This document shows positions 50,045-63,815 of a stretch of DNA of 64,000 bases, one piece after another. Position 1 is the stretch's first letter, and each line of letters starts with the position of its first letter. The translations under genes and the position numbers were made by a program. The stretch is from Camelus ferus (lineage: Eukaryota), in assembly GCF_009834535.1 (NCBI RefSeq), contig NC_045696.1:2296001-2360000 (forward strand), read 5' to 3'. Under the pieces are notes generated by a model that was not told where the DNA came from, did not search any database, and worked only from the letters and a program-made list of their open reading frames with translations.

Positions 50045-52687
50045 CTAGAAAGCAAAACAGCACAAAGACCGCATTTTAGTCTCCACGTTCCCTAAGCTTA
50101 GAACTGCCACACAAGCAGCGAAAGGGACACCACATACATTTTCCTTCACAAATGTCTTTTTTTTTTTTTAATTCGAAGCATTCGTTTTGTTGTCACCAAA
50201 TAAACACGTATAAGTTAAGCGGTTTATCAGCTGTGGGGCGGGGGTGGTGGTGGCATGTCCTCATCTGTGTAATGCATGGAAACAAATGCCACCACGACAA
50301 AAATGTTAACCGACAGAGTGGTCACTTATAAAACAAGTTCCCCTCCCTACTTAAAACTAGCACCTCACCCTGCACACCAACATCTCTATTGGTCTTGCAA
50401 AGTAAAATTGCAAATCCACGGAAGACGAAGGACTTGCTCAGGTCCCACACAACTGGCCCCAGGGGAAGTGGAAAGCTTTGGGATCTTTTTTTTGTTGTTG
50501 TTGCAAAGATGACCCTTTTAAGGATCCTGCTATGAGGTCAAACATGGCTGTACCCCGACCTCTCTCTCTGCCGGTCACGGTTTTCATCTACTGGGCAAGC
50601 ACAGTCTTGTTTTAAGTGGCATCACTTTGGTCAGTCTTACTCCCACTCACTATTCGAGCCCTTTACCACCTAACCACAAGCTGCACACAGACTCTTGCCT
50701 CCTGGGTCGACCCCAGGTGTCTTGCAACAATTGCGGAGTAACATAAGAAATCACAAAATCAGGTAAGTGCACACTCTTGGGAGTTTCCAAGCCTATGGAG
50801 AACAAACAGAATCCTCAAGCCCTGATGGATGATACAAATGGTCTTCATGAAGATTTCACTCAGAAGGTACTAGGAAAAGTCTTCTGGTGTAGCCAAGGAT
50901 AACTTAGGTGAGTGTAAACAAGCCGGTATTTGGAAACAATGTGATTTCAATAGTCCAAAAGATAATTAAATTAAAAAGTGACAAATGGACCCCTTTTGAC
51001 AGAATGAAGTTTACTTAGTGCACTTGCCATAAGCGTTAGAGCATTATACTGACTTCCAAGTTACTAAAGACCCTTCTGCCAACGGTGTCATTATGGTGCG
51101 TTTTGATTCTTTGTGATAGTCTCTAACTTAAAACCAACACACCATAAACTACAGTGTAATTAGTTTATTAAAGTGCATTTCCTTTAGGGGTTGGGCAAAC
51201 AATACTCCCACTGGATTCCCTCCCCAGTTGTTACAAAGAAGCCACACTGGGATCTTCCCGCAGACACACAACTATGCTGTGAGTCATCGGTCCCACCAGA
51301 GCCGAGCCAATTGCTGTTGCAAGGGCAGTAACTTGGTCATGGTGACCTGGGTTCATATTCAGCCCTGTTAAGACTAATGAATTCGTGGATCTGGGCAAGG
51401 ATGGTCAATGTCTGCTAAAACATCAGATGAAAAAACATGGAGGAACTTTGAAATGGATACATCAGGCTCACAACACCAAACCCACTGATCCATGTTAACT
51501 CGCGCAGGCAACAACTATGCATTACATGCCACAAGTGATGGGACAGGAGGAACACGGCACCACCTGCTGACTATTCCTACAGAAACAGACAAGCTAAGCG
51601 ACACCGCTGCAAATTCAACTTCTAACATCAGTCTGCAGGGAGCACAGGGGACAGAAGGACATGTCAAATGAGGCCGTGGACGCCGTCAGCAAAACCCCCA
51701 ATGTCGGAAACTACAGGACAGACACCTTGCAAAGAAAAAGAAGCTGGGTGAGAACTGTCAGAATTTAAGAGTCTTAGCAGTCATACCAACCAAATGTAAT
51801 GGGTAGGTCTCATCTGATTCTGATTTCATGAATAATTTATGAGATGATGGGAAAAACTCAATAGATTGGAAAAAAATTTAAAAGATGTGACAACAGTCCT
51901 GTGGTTATGTTGAAAACAGCCTGTATCTTTTCAGGATACATCCTGAGGCCTCGGGAGATGACATGAGATGCCACGGATTTGCTTCCCAAAAATCTAGGAG
52001 AAGCAGAAAGGGGCCAACCGATGTGTGAGTGCACTCTTTGTGTATTTGAAATATTCCTTAACACAAAGAAGAAAAAAGGACTGCATGAGACTACGAAAAT
52101 TTTATCATGGGTTGCTTTCTTCTTTTTATTGTTCAGAAAATTTTTAATAATGAAACCGGAAAAGCACGAACACTGATGAACTTGGAAGCAAACAGGATTT
52201 AAAAGACACTAGTTCCTGCAGGAGGCCCGGTCCTGGGCGTTCCGTGTTTGCCAAGCAGCTACACTGCTGTCCCCTCCAGGGCTGACACCTTCAAGGCCGG
52301 GCCTGGGAGGGAGGCAGTGGGCTGGGAGGGCTCACTTACATGGAGGGAAGCAGCCAGCCGCGCTCACACCAGAGCAGCATGGGTCACCCCACTGCAGGTC
52401 AGATCCTCCTCCTCAGGCCTTAGGAAGGACCCAAGATCTCTCCCAGGAGACTTGGAGAGAAGACACAGCCTGCACCTGTGCTCAGTCACCCTGTTAAGTG
52501 CTGGGCAGCCTGACAGCAAACGGAACCAATCTGGGGGAGCAGAGTGTGCTATGGAGAAAAGCTAGGGTCCGGTGCCATTGGTGGAGCTCCTGCATTTGTT
52601 TTTTTTTTCCCTGAAAACTAGTGTGGCTTGGATGTTCTGTCAAGTTCCAACTGCAAAAGAGTCCCAACCAATAAGAATATATTTTTA

Positions 52688-53925
52688 TGGCTTAAAGACT
52701 TAAACGTAAGACAAGACACTATAAACCTCTGAGAAGAAAACATAGGCAAAACATTCTCTGACATAAATCTTAGCAATGTTCTCCTAGGGTAGTCTACCCA
52801 GGTAATAGAAATGAAGCAAAAATTAACAAATGGGACTTAGTTAAACTTACAAGCTTCTGCACAGCAAAGGAAACTAGAAGCAAAACAAAGACAACCTACA
52901 GAATGGGAGAAAATATTTGCAAAAGATGAGACTGACAAGGGCTTAATTTCCAGAACATATGAACAGCTCATACAATTTAATAAGAAAAAAACAACCCAAT
53001 CCCAATCCGAAAATGGGCAGAAGACCTAAACAAGCAATTCTCCAGTGAAGACATATGAACGACCAATAGGCATATGAAAAAACGCTCAATGTCGCTAATT
53101 ATCAGAGAAGTGCAGGCATCACCTCGTATCTGTCAGAATGGCCGTCATTAAAGAGTCCACAGACAAGAAACGCTGGAGAGGGTGTGGAGGACAGGGAGCC
53201 CTCCCACACTGCTGGTGGGGATGTAGTTTGGTGCAGCCACTGTGGAAAACAGTATGGAGATTCCTCAAAAAACTAAAAACAGACTTACCCTGTGAGCCAG
53301 CAATCCCACTCCTGGGCATATATCTGGAGGGAACTCTTAATTCAAAAAAGATAACACGAACCTCAGTGTTCATAGCAGCACTACTTACAATGGTCAATAA
53401 ACAACCTAAATGTCCATCAACAGATGACTGGATAAAGAAGACATAGTATATTTATATAATGGAACACTACTCAGCCATAAAAAGGAACGAAATAATGCCA
53501 TTTGCAGCAACATGGATGGACCTAGAGATCATCATTCTAAGTGAAGTAAGCCAGAAAGAGAAAGAAAAATACCATATATCCCTTATATATGACATCTAAA
53601 AAAAGACACAAATGAACTTATTTACAAAACAGAGACTCACAGACACAGAAAATAAACTCATGGTTACCAGAGGGGAGAGGGGGTGGGAATGGGTTAAGTT
53701 GGGAGTTGGAGATTTGCAGATACTAACTAGTACATATAAAAGAGATAAATGACAAGTTTCCACCATGTAGCACAGGGACCTATATTCAGTATCTTGCAGT
53801 AACCCGCAATGAAGAAGAATCTGAAAAGGAACATATATATGTATACGTATGACTGAAACGTGCTGCTGCGCACCAGAAACCAACAGAACACTGTGAACTA
53901 TACTTCAGTTAAAAAAAGAAAATAA
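52688..53925 (+). mobile_element. LINE-1 3' fragment in RRP1B intron 1 (antisense)
   Basis: ORF2 C-terminal peptide [39 protein letters not shown], 3'UTR and A tail. Confidence 0.93.
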
Positions 53926-56900
53926 AGATGTAATAAAAACCATGCAATTCACATACTGTATCAGAGGGTACAACGGAGAGCGCCTTATTCACCACCCCAA
54001 ACCCCAGTCCCCCCACCAGAACCACTGCTCCCGCCTGGTGTGCACCTTTCCAGCGCGTGTCCGCAACACTCACACGTGATATAGAAACGCGCAGTGGTGT
54101 GTGCACAGCCTCAGTACACTGCATTCTGACATATTCTGTATTCTGACCTTTTCACTTAAAAAGAGCACAGTGAATATTCATCTGCAGATGTTCCTGCAAG
54201 TGCGGCAGCACGTCAAGCGATACCGCGAGCTACCCACGTGCCTCGGGAGAGCCCACGCCTGTGACGGGCAAGGGCACGGTGTGACGCGCTGCAGGGGCCT
54301 TTGCGAGAGAAAACAAGTCGATTTTGACAAAGTAACAGGGGGAGAGCAGATCCTGGACAGCGGGCCAGAAGGGAGCTGGACATGGAAATACTTTGTTTCA
54401 CCCTATGTGAAACAAAAAAGCAGAGTGGAAACAAAGTGCTGGTTAGGCCCCAGTCTGCTGTCACCAGCTGTGCACTACTAGAGGTCCGCCAACTACCCCT
54501 TGAGCCTCAGTCTCCTCACCTGTGACGCACGCAGGGTCCACAGTTAAGGTCCAAAGTACGAGCAGGGGTGAGACGCGCTTTGTAAGCGCAAAGCGCTGCT
54601 CAGCTGGCGGCTATGGTGCGATCACCTCCTGTTCCCTCCCCAAGATCAGGGAAGCTCTTTTCTCTTTAAAAACAGCTATTTTCAATATATGTATAAAAAC
54701 CACTTGTTTTCACCCACGAATTTAGCTGGTAAAATCTAGGTACCCATCGTTGAAGCGTTTAAAGCAAAACAGAGAAATGCACATTTTCTGGTTTCTTTCC
54801 GAACCCTGAAGGTGAAGACCTCTAGAGCCGAGGCAGTCCTGTTCCATGACTGCCTTTTATCTTTTCTTCTTGAGGTTGAGTTTCTTAAACTCAACACAAC
54901 CAAGTTTCTACAGCAATATAGATTCAGTTATTTCAAAACAAATGAGGTTACCATGAAGGTGAGATGTGGAAACAGTAAATACTAACAAACCATGAGATGA
55001 GAAAAGTCCAATAGCCTCTCTCATCACAAAACAGCCCAGGAGCCGTTTTAGGTGAGACGTAAAGTGTTAGACCCAACCCACACCTGTGACGAAACAGCAA
55101 CAGCTCCCAGTTATTCCAACTACTGGGTCGAGACCCCAAACCCTGTCTGTATGAAGAAACTCGCTTCCTCCCTCGCATCATTGAATCTACGACACCATCA
55201 GCTATGTGACTGTTTATTTCACGTGCCACCAGAAGAAAGCAAGAGTGCAAACAAAAGTCACAAGGATGATTTAAAAATTTACCCCAATTTTAGCAGATGT
55301 TAAATGTTTAAGGTTGCAGAATGGACAAAACAGGCAGAGACTTTTGTATGTTTTGCTCACTGCTCTGTTCCCAATCCCAAGAGTGGCGTGCAAAATCCCA
55401 GCACACAGTAGGTGCTCCGCGTGTGTGCTCAGCACACGAGTGAATGAACAGGGACAAGTGGGCCCTTCCGAGTAAACCCACGGTTTTATTCTACGAAGGT
55501 AAAGGATCAACACGAACACTCAAAGCAGCAGAGCAACATTTAGTTGCTTTTAGTTCTACAAAGTTTTCAATTTGCTTTTAAAATCACACTATCTACATTG
55601 CTATCGGACAGTGAGTACAATTTCAGCCTGCCTTTACCATGCCTGAGACAAGTCACACAGACATCTGAGCCTGTCAATGAGATGCCATGGTCAGGCAAGT
55701 TATTCCCCAATCTGTGTTTCTGTTCTGACGAGCACGGCGGGGTAGAAGTCCTGTCTGCACTATGCCATCAGCGCCGTCCGTGACACTCACTCTACACTTG
55801 CTTTTCTGAAGGCCCCTGCACTCCCTGCAAGGCGGACGTGATGGGGAACAAGATGTAGGTGTGGCGGCATGAAGCAGCCAGCACCCTGGGCCCTGGTGCA
55901 ACCCCGTGGGCCCCCTGCCCCTCAGCACTTGACACGCTGCGCCTCTTCCCCCAAGGGCCCCGCACAGCAGGCTCTGTCCGGCCGGCTGAGCCCCGTGCGT
56001 AGTGCGTCTGGTGTTTTCTCTTTCTCGGCGTGCACAGGCCGGCATCGTCCGTCTGGATGTGCTCCCGTTTCCAGCTAAGAGAACAGATGGAAGCTTACAT
56101 TGTTTTGGGTGAAGAATGATACATCAGCTGATAACTAAGAAGCAGTGTAGCTAAGGGCCACAACAGAGACACACTGGGTATTTCAGAATCCTAGAGGAAT
56201 GGGGTGAGACAGGAGGGAAGGCATTTGGGAGCGAGTGATGCTGAAGCGAATACTGGGATTGGATCCAGCTGGGAATCTTTTCAGTAAACAGGGGAAGTGA
56301 AGGCAGAGAGGTGAGAGCTGGCGCACTGTGCACCAGGAACCAGTGTGGAGCTGTCATACCGGGGCTGAGATGGAGAGAGAAAGGCAGGGGGGACAGATCA
56401 CGATCTACAGACCTGGAATTCCAGGAAAACAGTGACCTGATGGAACTGCTTCAGGAAGATGAGCCCAGACTTATTCATGGAGCACAAGTTCAAGGGGGCA
56501 CAAAGGGAGATGAGATCAGTTAGGAAGTAAGCAGGTACAGAAATCTAGAGCAGATGAAGGGTGCCTCTGGTGAGGGCAGAGTAACTCAGGGAAAGAAACA
56601 GGTAGAACCAAAGGATACTGGATGCAGGGCTAGGGGAGAGGATGAGGAGGAGGAGTCCAGGACAACATCATGTGTCCAGCTAGAGTCTGCGGGGTGATGG
56701 GACCTAGCGCCCAAATGAATGAGCACAGGCAGCAGAGCAGCACCAGGACACGAGGTTGTGGGGGGAAGAAAATGAGTCATTTTGGGCATGGAGTCTGAGG
56801 ACATCCAGGTGGAGATGCCAGGTGAGGAGGGCATTATCTAAGCTGAAAGTAGTAAAGGTATGGCTTAGAAAGTTAGGTTCAGGAACCTCTAGCATATAGG

Positions 56901-57924
56901 GGATGAGAGTAAATTAAACCTGTCAGGGTGACGCCTAATAGAATTCAAGTCAGGAAGTTTGGCTTCACTCCTCCTAGCAGACTTCCCACGAAGTTGTACT
57001 TTCTTTTTCCTGTGTAGTCTTTTGTGATTTCTCTTCAAAATAAAACTAAGAGCGTCAGTACAGGGGGAAACATAAATTCTTTCAAGTAGACTCCAGATAT
57101 TAGTACTAGCGAGAAATAAATCAGACTTTATCTTAGTGCAATAAAAAACTCCATTTCACACTGGAGTTCATACCCTCCAGGGTTTACAGATTGTATTTTG
57201 AATCAGGTAAATGGAATCCTTCAACGGCACCCCAATGCAGTCAGAACCCATACTACAAAGCCTTGTGCGACCTGGCCACTGCCTACTTTTCCAACTTCAC
57301 GTCCAACATCGTCGCCCTCTCCCTTACTGATCTTCCAGCTCTTCCCGCCCGCCTGGGTTCAGATCTGCCGAATGCCGCCCTGGAGAGGCCTCCCTGGAAC
57401 AGCCGATGTCGAGCCGCTCCTTCTTTCCTCGGTTTTCATTTCCTTTTAATATTCCTCCCTAGATTTACTGAGACAAGTTCCTCGAGAGTAGCGATTCTAT
57501 CTTCTCTCTTGTAACCCATGCACCTTAAGGTGTTGGTCAGAGGAAGGAGTAACTCAGTGAAGAGAGCACCAGAATAAACCAGGCTAAGCCCAGGGATCCC
57601 ACGTGCAGGCTCGGGGTACGACAGACTGGGCCTATTCTCCGCTTCCCTACTCACCGCGACTTTCAGCACGCCACCTAACACTGCCGGCGGCTGTCTCTCA
57701 ACCGAAGAACCGGACGAGACGCAGCAGGGAGCGGACACGCAGAAGCACACGATAGGGGCGCGAGTCAGTGCCCCACGCTCTCCCCGCCCCGCCCGCGGCT
57801 CCCTTGGGCTGGCCCCCTCCCCACACCCTCTGCCCGGCTCCCCACCCCCGACCCCGCGGTCCCCGCCCACCCTGGGCCCCCCGGGCCCGGCCGCCACGTG
57901 CGCGGCGGACCGCCAGGCGCCCAC

Positions 57925-58054
57925 CTGTCTCCCTTTGCGTCTTCACGCTGATGTACTGGCGCAGCTTCTTCACCGCCCGGTCCCGGATGCCCTTCTCGTG
58001 GGACGCCAGCCGCTGAGCGAACTGGATCTCGGCCGGCTGCATGGCGGGGGCCAT
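57925..58054 (-). CDS. RRP1B: RRP1B exon 1 (130 nt; start of Nop52 domain)
   Basis: MAPAMQPAEIQFAQRLASHEKGIRDRAVKKLRQYISVKTQRET(G); GT donor at 57923-57924. Confidence 0.97.
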
Positions 58055-59235
58055 CGCGCCTGTTGGGGCATCCCCGGCCGCAGCCAGCCGCCGCCAAGCG
58101 CCCGCCGCTGTACAGCCCGGGCCGCGACTGCGCAGAAGGCGGCGGCGCGCCAGCTGATGGCGTCACAAAGGTGCCGCCGCTCGCAGGGCGTTCTGGGAGC
58201 GAGCGCGCCCGGCCCGGCAGTCGGCGGAGCAGCCCAGCCGGCGTTGGCGTCGCGCCTCCCCGCCTGCGCTGTCTCTCGGGCGCCAAAGCTCGGGGCTGTT
58301 GACGGCGAGGTTAGCCAGCGTTGAGTGTTGGCCAAGAAGAGGCGGGCAGCCAGTTTTAAGTGGTCTAGAATCTTTACGCCCACTCCGCAAAATTCCCCTC
58401 TGATCGGCTGCTGTTCCGCCAAATACGCGGAGCTGTCTTCGATCGTGTTGAGCTCCTGAGGCCGCCTGCGCCGGGTGGAAGCTGGGAAGACGGGCCGGCC
58501 TGGGTTTTTTGGCGGGATGCCTCGGGCAGCACCATCGAGGGCCCAGGTCTGGGTCCTGGGCCGGGGCAGGGGCGAGGATTTGGAGCGTGTGCTCCGGAGA
58601 CTCGGGCAGGGGCAGCTTGCGGCCGGTTTCAGACAGACGAAGTCTTACGTGTACGGTAACCCGTACATTTGAACCCACAGGCTGCACCGTAGTTTGCGAG
58701 CTCATTGGGCGTATTGGGGCAAGTGAATGGACCAGGTGGTGTCTCCGAGCTCATGGCGGTCATCTCAGTTCCTTACCAGCGGGCTGGACTAAGGCTCCCA
58801 CTGCACGCAGACCTCCGGAGCAGCCTGTTGTCAGAAAGCTTCGACCTTTGCTGATGGAGCTTGGAGCTGAGCGCGGGAGCGGGCCCCCTCGCTGTCCGTT
58901 CACTAGAATGTGTCGCCCCTTCGTCTAACATACCTCGCCAAACCGGAAAGGGCCGATTCGATTTATTCTACCAGACATTCAAACGTGGGTCTCACTGTCC
59001 TTATACTTTGCAGTTAACAGGTTTACAAACCCGGCTAAGCCAGAAGAGCCAACGCGGGATCCCGCAGACCCACCCCTTGTCCTTGGGGCCAAGAATGCTG
59101 CAAAAAAGCTACGCGGTCTGAGCCTCGCGGCTCTCTGTACCCGAGCCCCGGCGTGGACACTTCCCACGCTTTCTGGCGTGAGGGGTCAGAGGGCGCGCCG
59201 CCGCGCAGGCGCACAGAGCCGAGGCCGCGACGGCC

Positions 59236-59271
59236 ATGGGCGAGGCGGGCGCCCCTGAGGAGGCCTACCGG
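59236..59271 (+). CDS. HSF2BP: HSF2BP (MEILB2) first coding exon (36 nt)
   Basis: GCCATGG Kozak context; MGEAGAPEEAYR resembles recalled human MGEAGAAEEACR; GTCAGT donor. Confidence 0.9.
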
Positions 59272-60082
59272 GTCAGTACGGGGGCCGGGGTCGCCGCCCG
59301 TGGGTCCGAGCTGTCGCCGTCCACTCGCCTGTGCCGTGTCGCACCGCAGCCCGCCTGGGCCTCGCCCAGTGCGCTCGGGAAGGCCTTGGGCCCCGTCCGT
59401 GGACAGCGTGGCCCGGGCCGGCAGTGGGGGGGTGGCGACCCTCGCCTCAGAAACCGCGGGTGCAGGTCCAGGAGGCCGCGCGGTGGCGCGGTGGGCCAGC
59501 TCCTGTGCCACCCTGGGCCCGGGCCGCCCTCGAGGCCCTAACGCTGTTTCGGCATCGCGGTGCCCGGCTGCTGCAGCCGCTGCACGGGATGCTGGAGCAG
59601 GAGCTGGACTTGGGAGCCACACCTGGATTCAGATCCTGGTGTGCCCCTGGTACTGGTGTTACTGTGAGTCTCCTCGCCCCGCTGTGCCCTGGTTCCTGAC
59701 CCGGACAGCCTTGAGGGTCGTGGGGAATACGAAGTCAGGTGGCCCGCAAAGGGCTGGCGCTCCCACTGGGAATCCAGTAAAATTCCTTTTCCTCCTGATT
59801 AGCTTGGCTCTGGAATGTTAAGAAAATATTGCTGGCATTTTCTTTGGCTTTTAGGAATAGGGCCTCGTTTGTACTTAGAAAAAATTGGCTCGCAATTTGA
59901 AGGCTGGAGCTTCAGCTCTCAGGATATAATATGCATAGCAGAGGGCACACGTTTTAGAGACAATTAATGAGCACACACACAAAAAAGAGGCCTTAAAGAA
60001 AAGGAAGCCAGCTGACTTGGGCTGCTAATTTCAGTCATCTGAAGGGAAGTGTAATAATCTTAAGATCTGCTTGTCCTTTTAG

Positions 60083-60233
60083 CACATGGGAACTAAAGAA
60101 GAATTTGTTAAAGTCAGAAAGTACGACCTGGAACGTCTGACAACTGAAGTGATGCAAATCCGGGACTTCTTACCCAGAATACTAAACGGGGAAGTACTGG
60201 AAAGCTTCCAGAAATTAAAGACTGTAGAAAAAA
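60083..60233 (+). CDS. HSF2BP: HSF2BP second coding exon (151 nt)
   Basis: HMGTKEEFVKVRKYDLERLTTEVMQIRDFLPRILNGEVLESFQKLKTVEK; TTTTAG acceptor, GTGAGT donor; gene continues off the right end. Confidence 0.96.
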
Positions 60234-63200
60234 GTGAGTCTTACTTCATCTTTAGCAGTCATTGATGGTGACAGCAATCTGTTTGAGCAGATTTACTTTA
60301 TGTAAATAACCATGAAGTGATTATAAGTAAACTTTAAGATACCATTACAGTCTTTGTAATTACGTTTGGGAGAGTCAGATAAGACATAAGTAAAGGAGAT
60401 GCCCACAGATGAGTAACTTGGATGTGTAAGTTTGTGTTGGAGGAAGGGTTGCCAGCTTTCTGAGTATCTGTTAACCAGCTTTTCTTTCTCCTCCTTTCTT
60501 CCTCGGCAGGAAATTTATAGCTTAAAAGCTCTATTCTAAGAATTAAGCCCTTGTCTGTGTAAGTCAGGGGTCTTGCCACGAGGCAGCCTTGCATGGACTC
60601 CGGTGTTTCTCTGGGCTGAGGAGCGGGCCAGTTTCTAGCGCTGGTTTGATTTCAGGCTCACTAGGGCTTGTCCGTGTGGATGCTGAGATTTGAGCTTGGC
60701 TATGGTGTCAGGTGTCAGCCTGCAGAAGCTCTTGGAGTGGTTTCGGGATTGACACAGCACTTGTCTGATGGAGGGTGCGTTACAGTTACACAGCCTGCAG
60801 TGGTTAAGGTTCACTTCCCACGTTGCTTTTGACTGCTAGCCATCACTGCGTAGCCTCTAGAGGAGATGTATCTTGGGGGGCCGGTTCACGTCTTTAGCAC
60901 TAGACAAGGACGTATCTTGAGTTTCTGGTTTGAGGAGATGTATCCGGTCAAGGCGGCAGCCATATCCAGTTAGAAGGGGGAATGCTCATGGCTACCATGT
61001 GCCCTGCCTGTTTATTCTCTCTTTTGAATCCTCAGATCCACTCTACTCTGACCCGTGGTGTGCGGGGAGGTGGACTGCTGCGGACTGCATGCCTCTTGCT
61101 TCCTTGCTGGCTGCCGGTAGGGCTCACCAGTGGAAGGCATCAGTGGGCAGAAAACGGTTGGGATGTTTCCTCCTGCTATTTCCACTGTGCCTCCTGCTCA
61201 GGGGCCTTCTCTGCAGTCCCAGCTCTCACTGGGCTCCAGCAACCTTTTTCTTCCCTCGTTCTTTCAGCCAGAGGGTGCTGCTAGTCCTGGGTGCCTTTCC
61301 ATCCCTTCTTGGGTTTCTTACCCCTTGCTGTCTCTTCTGTAAGTAGCCCTTCTCATAAAGTGAACATCTAGTTTGCTTTGTTTCCTGTTGGGACCCTGCC
61401 AGATAAGCTCCAGGTCACTGGCTTCTTGATCTCCCTAGTTCTGACCTCTTGCTCCGTCAGCAACTTTCTGAGAGCAGTTAGTCATCCTCTGTGCATTTGT
61501 CTTCAGGGAAGGAAAGTGCCAACCAGCAGCTGAGGATGTCAGCCTGCTGGGTAGTTTATGTTTCTTGTTGCACATTAACTTGGCATTCTGAAAAGTACAT
61601 CAAAGTCTCAAGGGTTGCTTAGCATGAGTCAATTTTTGGAGATTAGTCCTCTGCCAAAATCATACTAGTGCTTATAAAAGGGAGGCCTACAAACACATGC
61701 GTAGTGACTTGATCAAAGTTGAGCTTCAGGAGATCTTGCTCCCCAGTCCTTGGCCTTCCCCAGCCGTGTCGTCACCTCTTTTCCTCCTGGCCTCTCTGGC
61801 TGTTTCTTCTCAGTCTGCTTAGCTAGTTCATCTTTCTTTGCAGCAGCCTTTCAGCTGGTGGAGTTGCTTGAGGCTCAGGCCTAGGCCCCCTCCTGTCCTC
61901 GCTCCATGGCCTCTCTGTGGGCAGTCTGTGCACACACATAGCTTTAGTAGCCATCTTGATGCTGGTGGTTCTTGGATTTATCCTTCCTGACCTCTCCTCC
62001 AGGCTCAGGGCGCTGTATCTGACTCCTCCTTGGCATTTCTTCTCGCATGTTTTACATTCATTACAAATTCTAAATGTTTGTTTTAGCCTGATTGGCCTGC
62101 AACCGTCAGGAAGGACCTGTAGTCTGACAAGGTCAGATTACTGGCTCGTGAAATAAGGGAGACCACACACCAGAGGAAGTGAGCATCTTGCCAACAGAGG
62201 AAAGGGCTAGTTGCTCTAGGATTTGGAGCAGGGTTCAGTTTAGATGAAATACAGATGAAGCTGTGTTTTCATGGGCTCCAAGCAAGGTAGGGCTGTGTGT
62301 GAAGGGGTCAGCATCAGGTCTCACTGCAGTGGACCCAGGTCCTGTTTCCTTGAAAACCACAAAATTTAGATAGCTGGTAGAACGTGGTGTTTAGAAATCC
62401 TCTATTTGAAGCTCTGCAGCTAGCTGGGTATCAAGGCTGCTGCTCTGTGTCACAGTGCCTTCCACCCTGCAGGAGACAGCGGATGCTTCCTCCTTCTTAC
62501 TGATATAATTCCAAACAGCAAAATTTCTGGAAGTCTAGGATTTTATAGAAGGGACTTTCTCTGAACAAGAAATCAGCAGTCACTGAAAGAAGGGGTCATT
62601 ATGACACTTCACTCTTGCAGTATGTCCTTGAGAGAAACTATTTCCCATTAACTTGGTGGCCAGCTTTATGTGTCTTGTATCCCAGCCTAGCAAGTTTCCC
62701 TTCCCCACTCCACTGGACACTGGGCTTTCTCAGCCTCCCCAGGGCACCCCCATCCAGACAGAGACCTGGGATCCTCCTTGTTGCTCACCCTTCCTCTCAC
62801 TATTCACTTCCCTTCCACCCCCAGCCCCTCTGCCAGTAAGTCCTGTGCCATTCCCTTCGTGGCTGCATCCAGAATTTGTCAGCCCGCCTCCATTGCCACT
62901 GCCTTCACCTATGTCCAAGCCCTGCCATTTTGTCTGAATCTCTGCTTCCTCAGAGTGTCCACTCATTGCCCCTTGCCAGTCCATTCTGTATACCACAGCT
63001 TGAAGAATTTTTAACAAGCCAGTCTGCTTAAGTCAGCTTCCATTGCTCTTAGGATAAAGACCAAAAAACTTGAATATGCAGATGCTTTGGGGAAGAGTGG
63101 GGGAGAAAGTGGAGCTCACTCACTTAAGTGTGTTTCCTTCTTCCCTAGGTCTTGGCTCTCAAGGCCTGTGTGACTTGGTAACTCTCAGTTACCTTGAAAC

Positions 63201-63344
63201 AGTTTTTTTGGTTTGTTCAAATTCCACTTTTTGGTTATTCTCTAGGGAAGACTGATCTGCTGTACCACCGTGCTAGCTGGAAGTGGAAGTTCTTCCGCAT
63301 GTGGTATTATGATTTTTAAGTTGTTAAAAATATATTGTTTGAGG

Positions 63345-63815
63345 TCATACAGAAAAGACAGGTTATGGAGATGTTCCAAATTAAAGGGGACTAAAGCTAC
63401 ATGACAGTTAAATGCAATACCTGACCTTAGACTGGATGCTGTACCTTGGGGGGAGAGAGTGCTGCAAAAGGCAATTTTAGGTCATTTGACAAAATTTCTA
63501 ATGTTCGTGGTAGGTTAGATAAATGTATTAATATTAATTTTCCTGGAGTTGACAACTGTATACTGGGTACCTAAGACATTATCCCTATTCTTAGAAAATA
63601 TTCACTGACGTATTTAGAAATAAAGGGCCACGATATATGTAACTTACCCTAAACTGGCTGAAAAAAATGTGTGTGTGTGCAGGTGATGAGCAAATGTGGA
63701 GAAGTGTTGACGGTAGGTAAGTCAGGGTAAAGGGTGTGTGGGTGGTATTTGTAGTATTTTTATTTATACGACATTTTGTAAGCTTGAAATTACTTCCAAA
63801 TAAAATGATTAAAAA
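63345..63815 (+). mobile_element. Old L1M-type 3'UTR fragment in an HSF2BP intron
   Basis: ACATGACAGTTAAATGCAATA...GACTGGAT and TTCCAAATAAAA terminus. Confidence 0.65.

Larger units (their letters stand above)
57650..59620. promoter_or_regulatory. CpG island / bidirectional RRP1B-HSF2BP promoter with E2F sites
   Basis: Divergent ATGs at 58054(-) and 59236(+); E2F-type TTTGGCGC/TTTGGCGG at 58280-58287(-), 58416-58423(-) and 58508-58515(+). Confidence 0.88.

Noticed and set aside
62070..62640. Possible LTR within L2-like remnants in the HSF2BP intron
   Set aside because: Termini, TSD and family could not be established by eye
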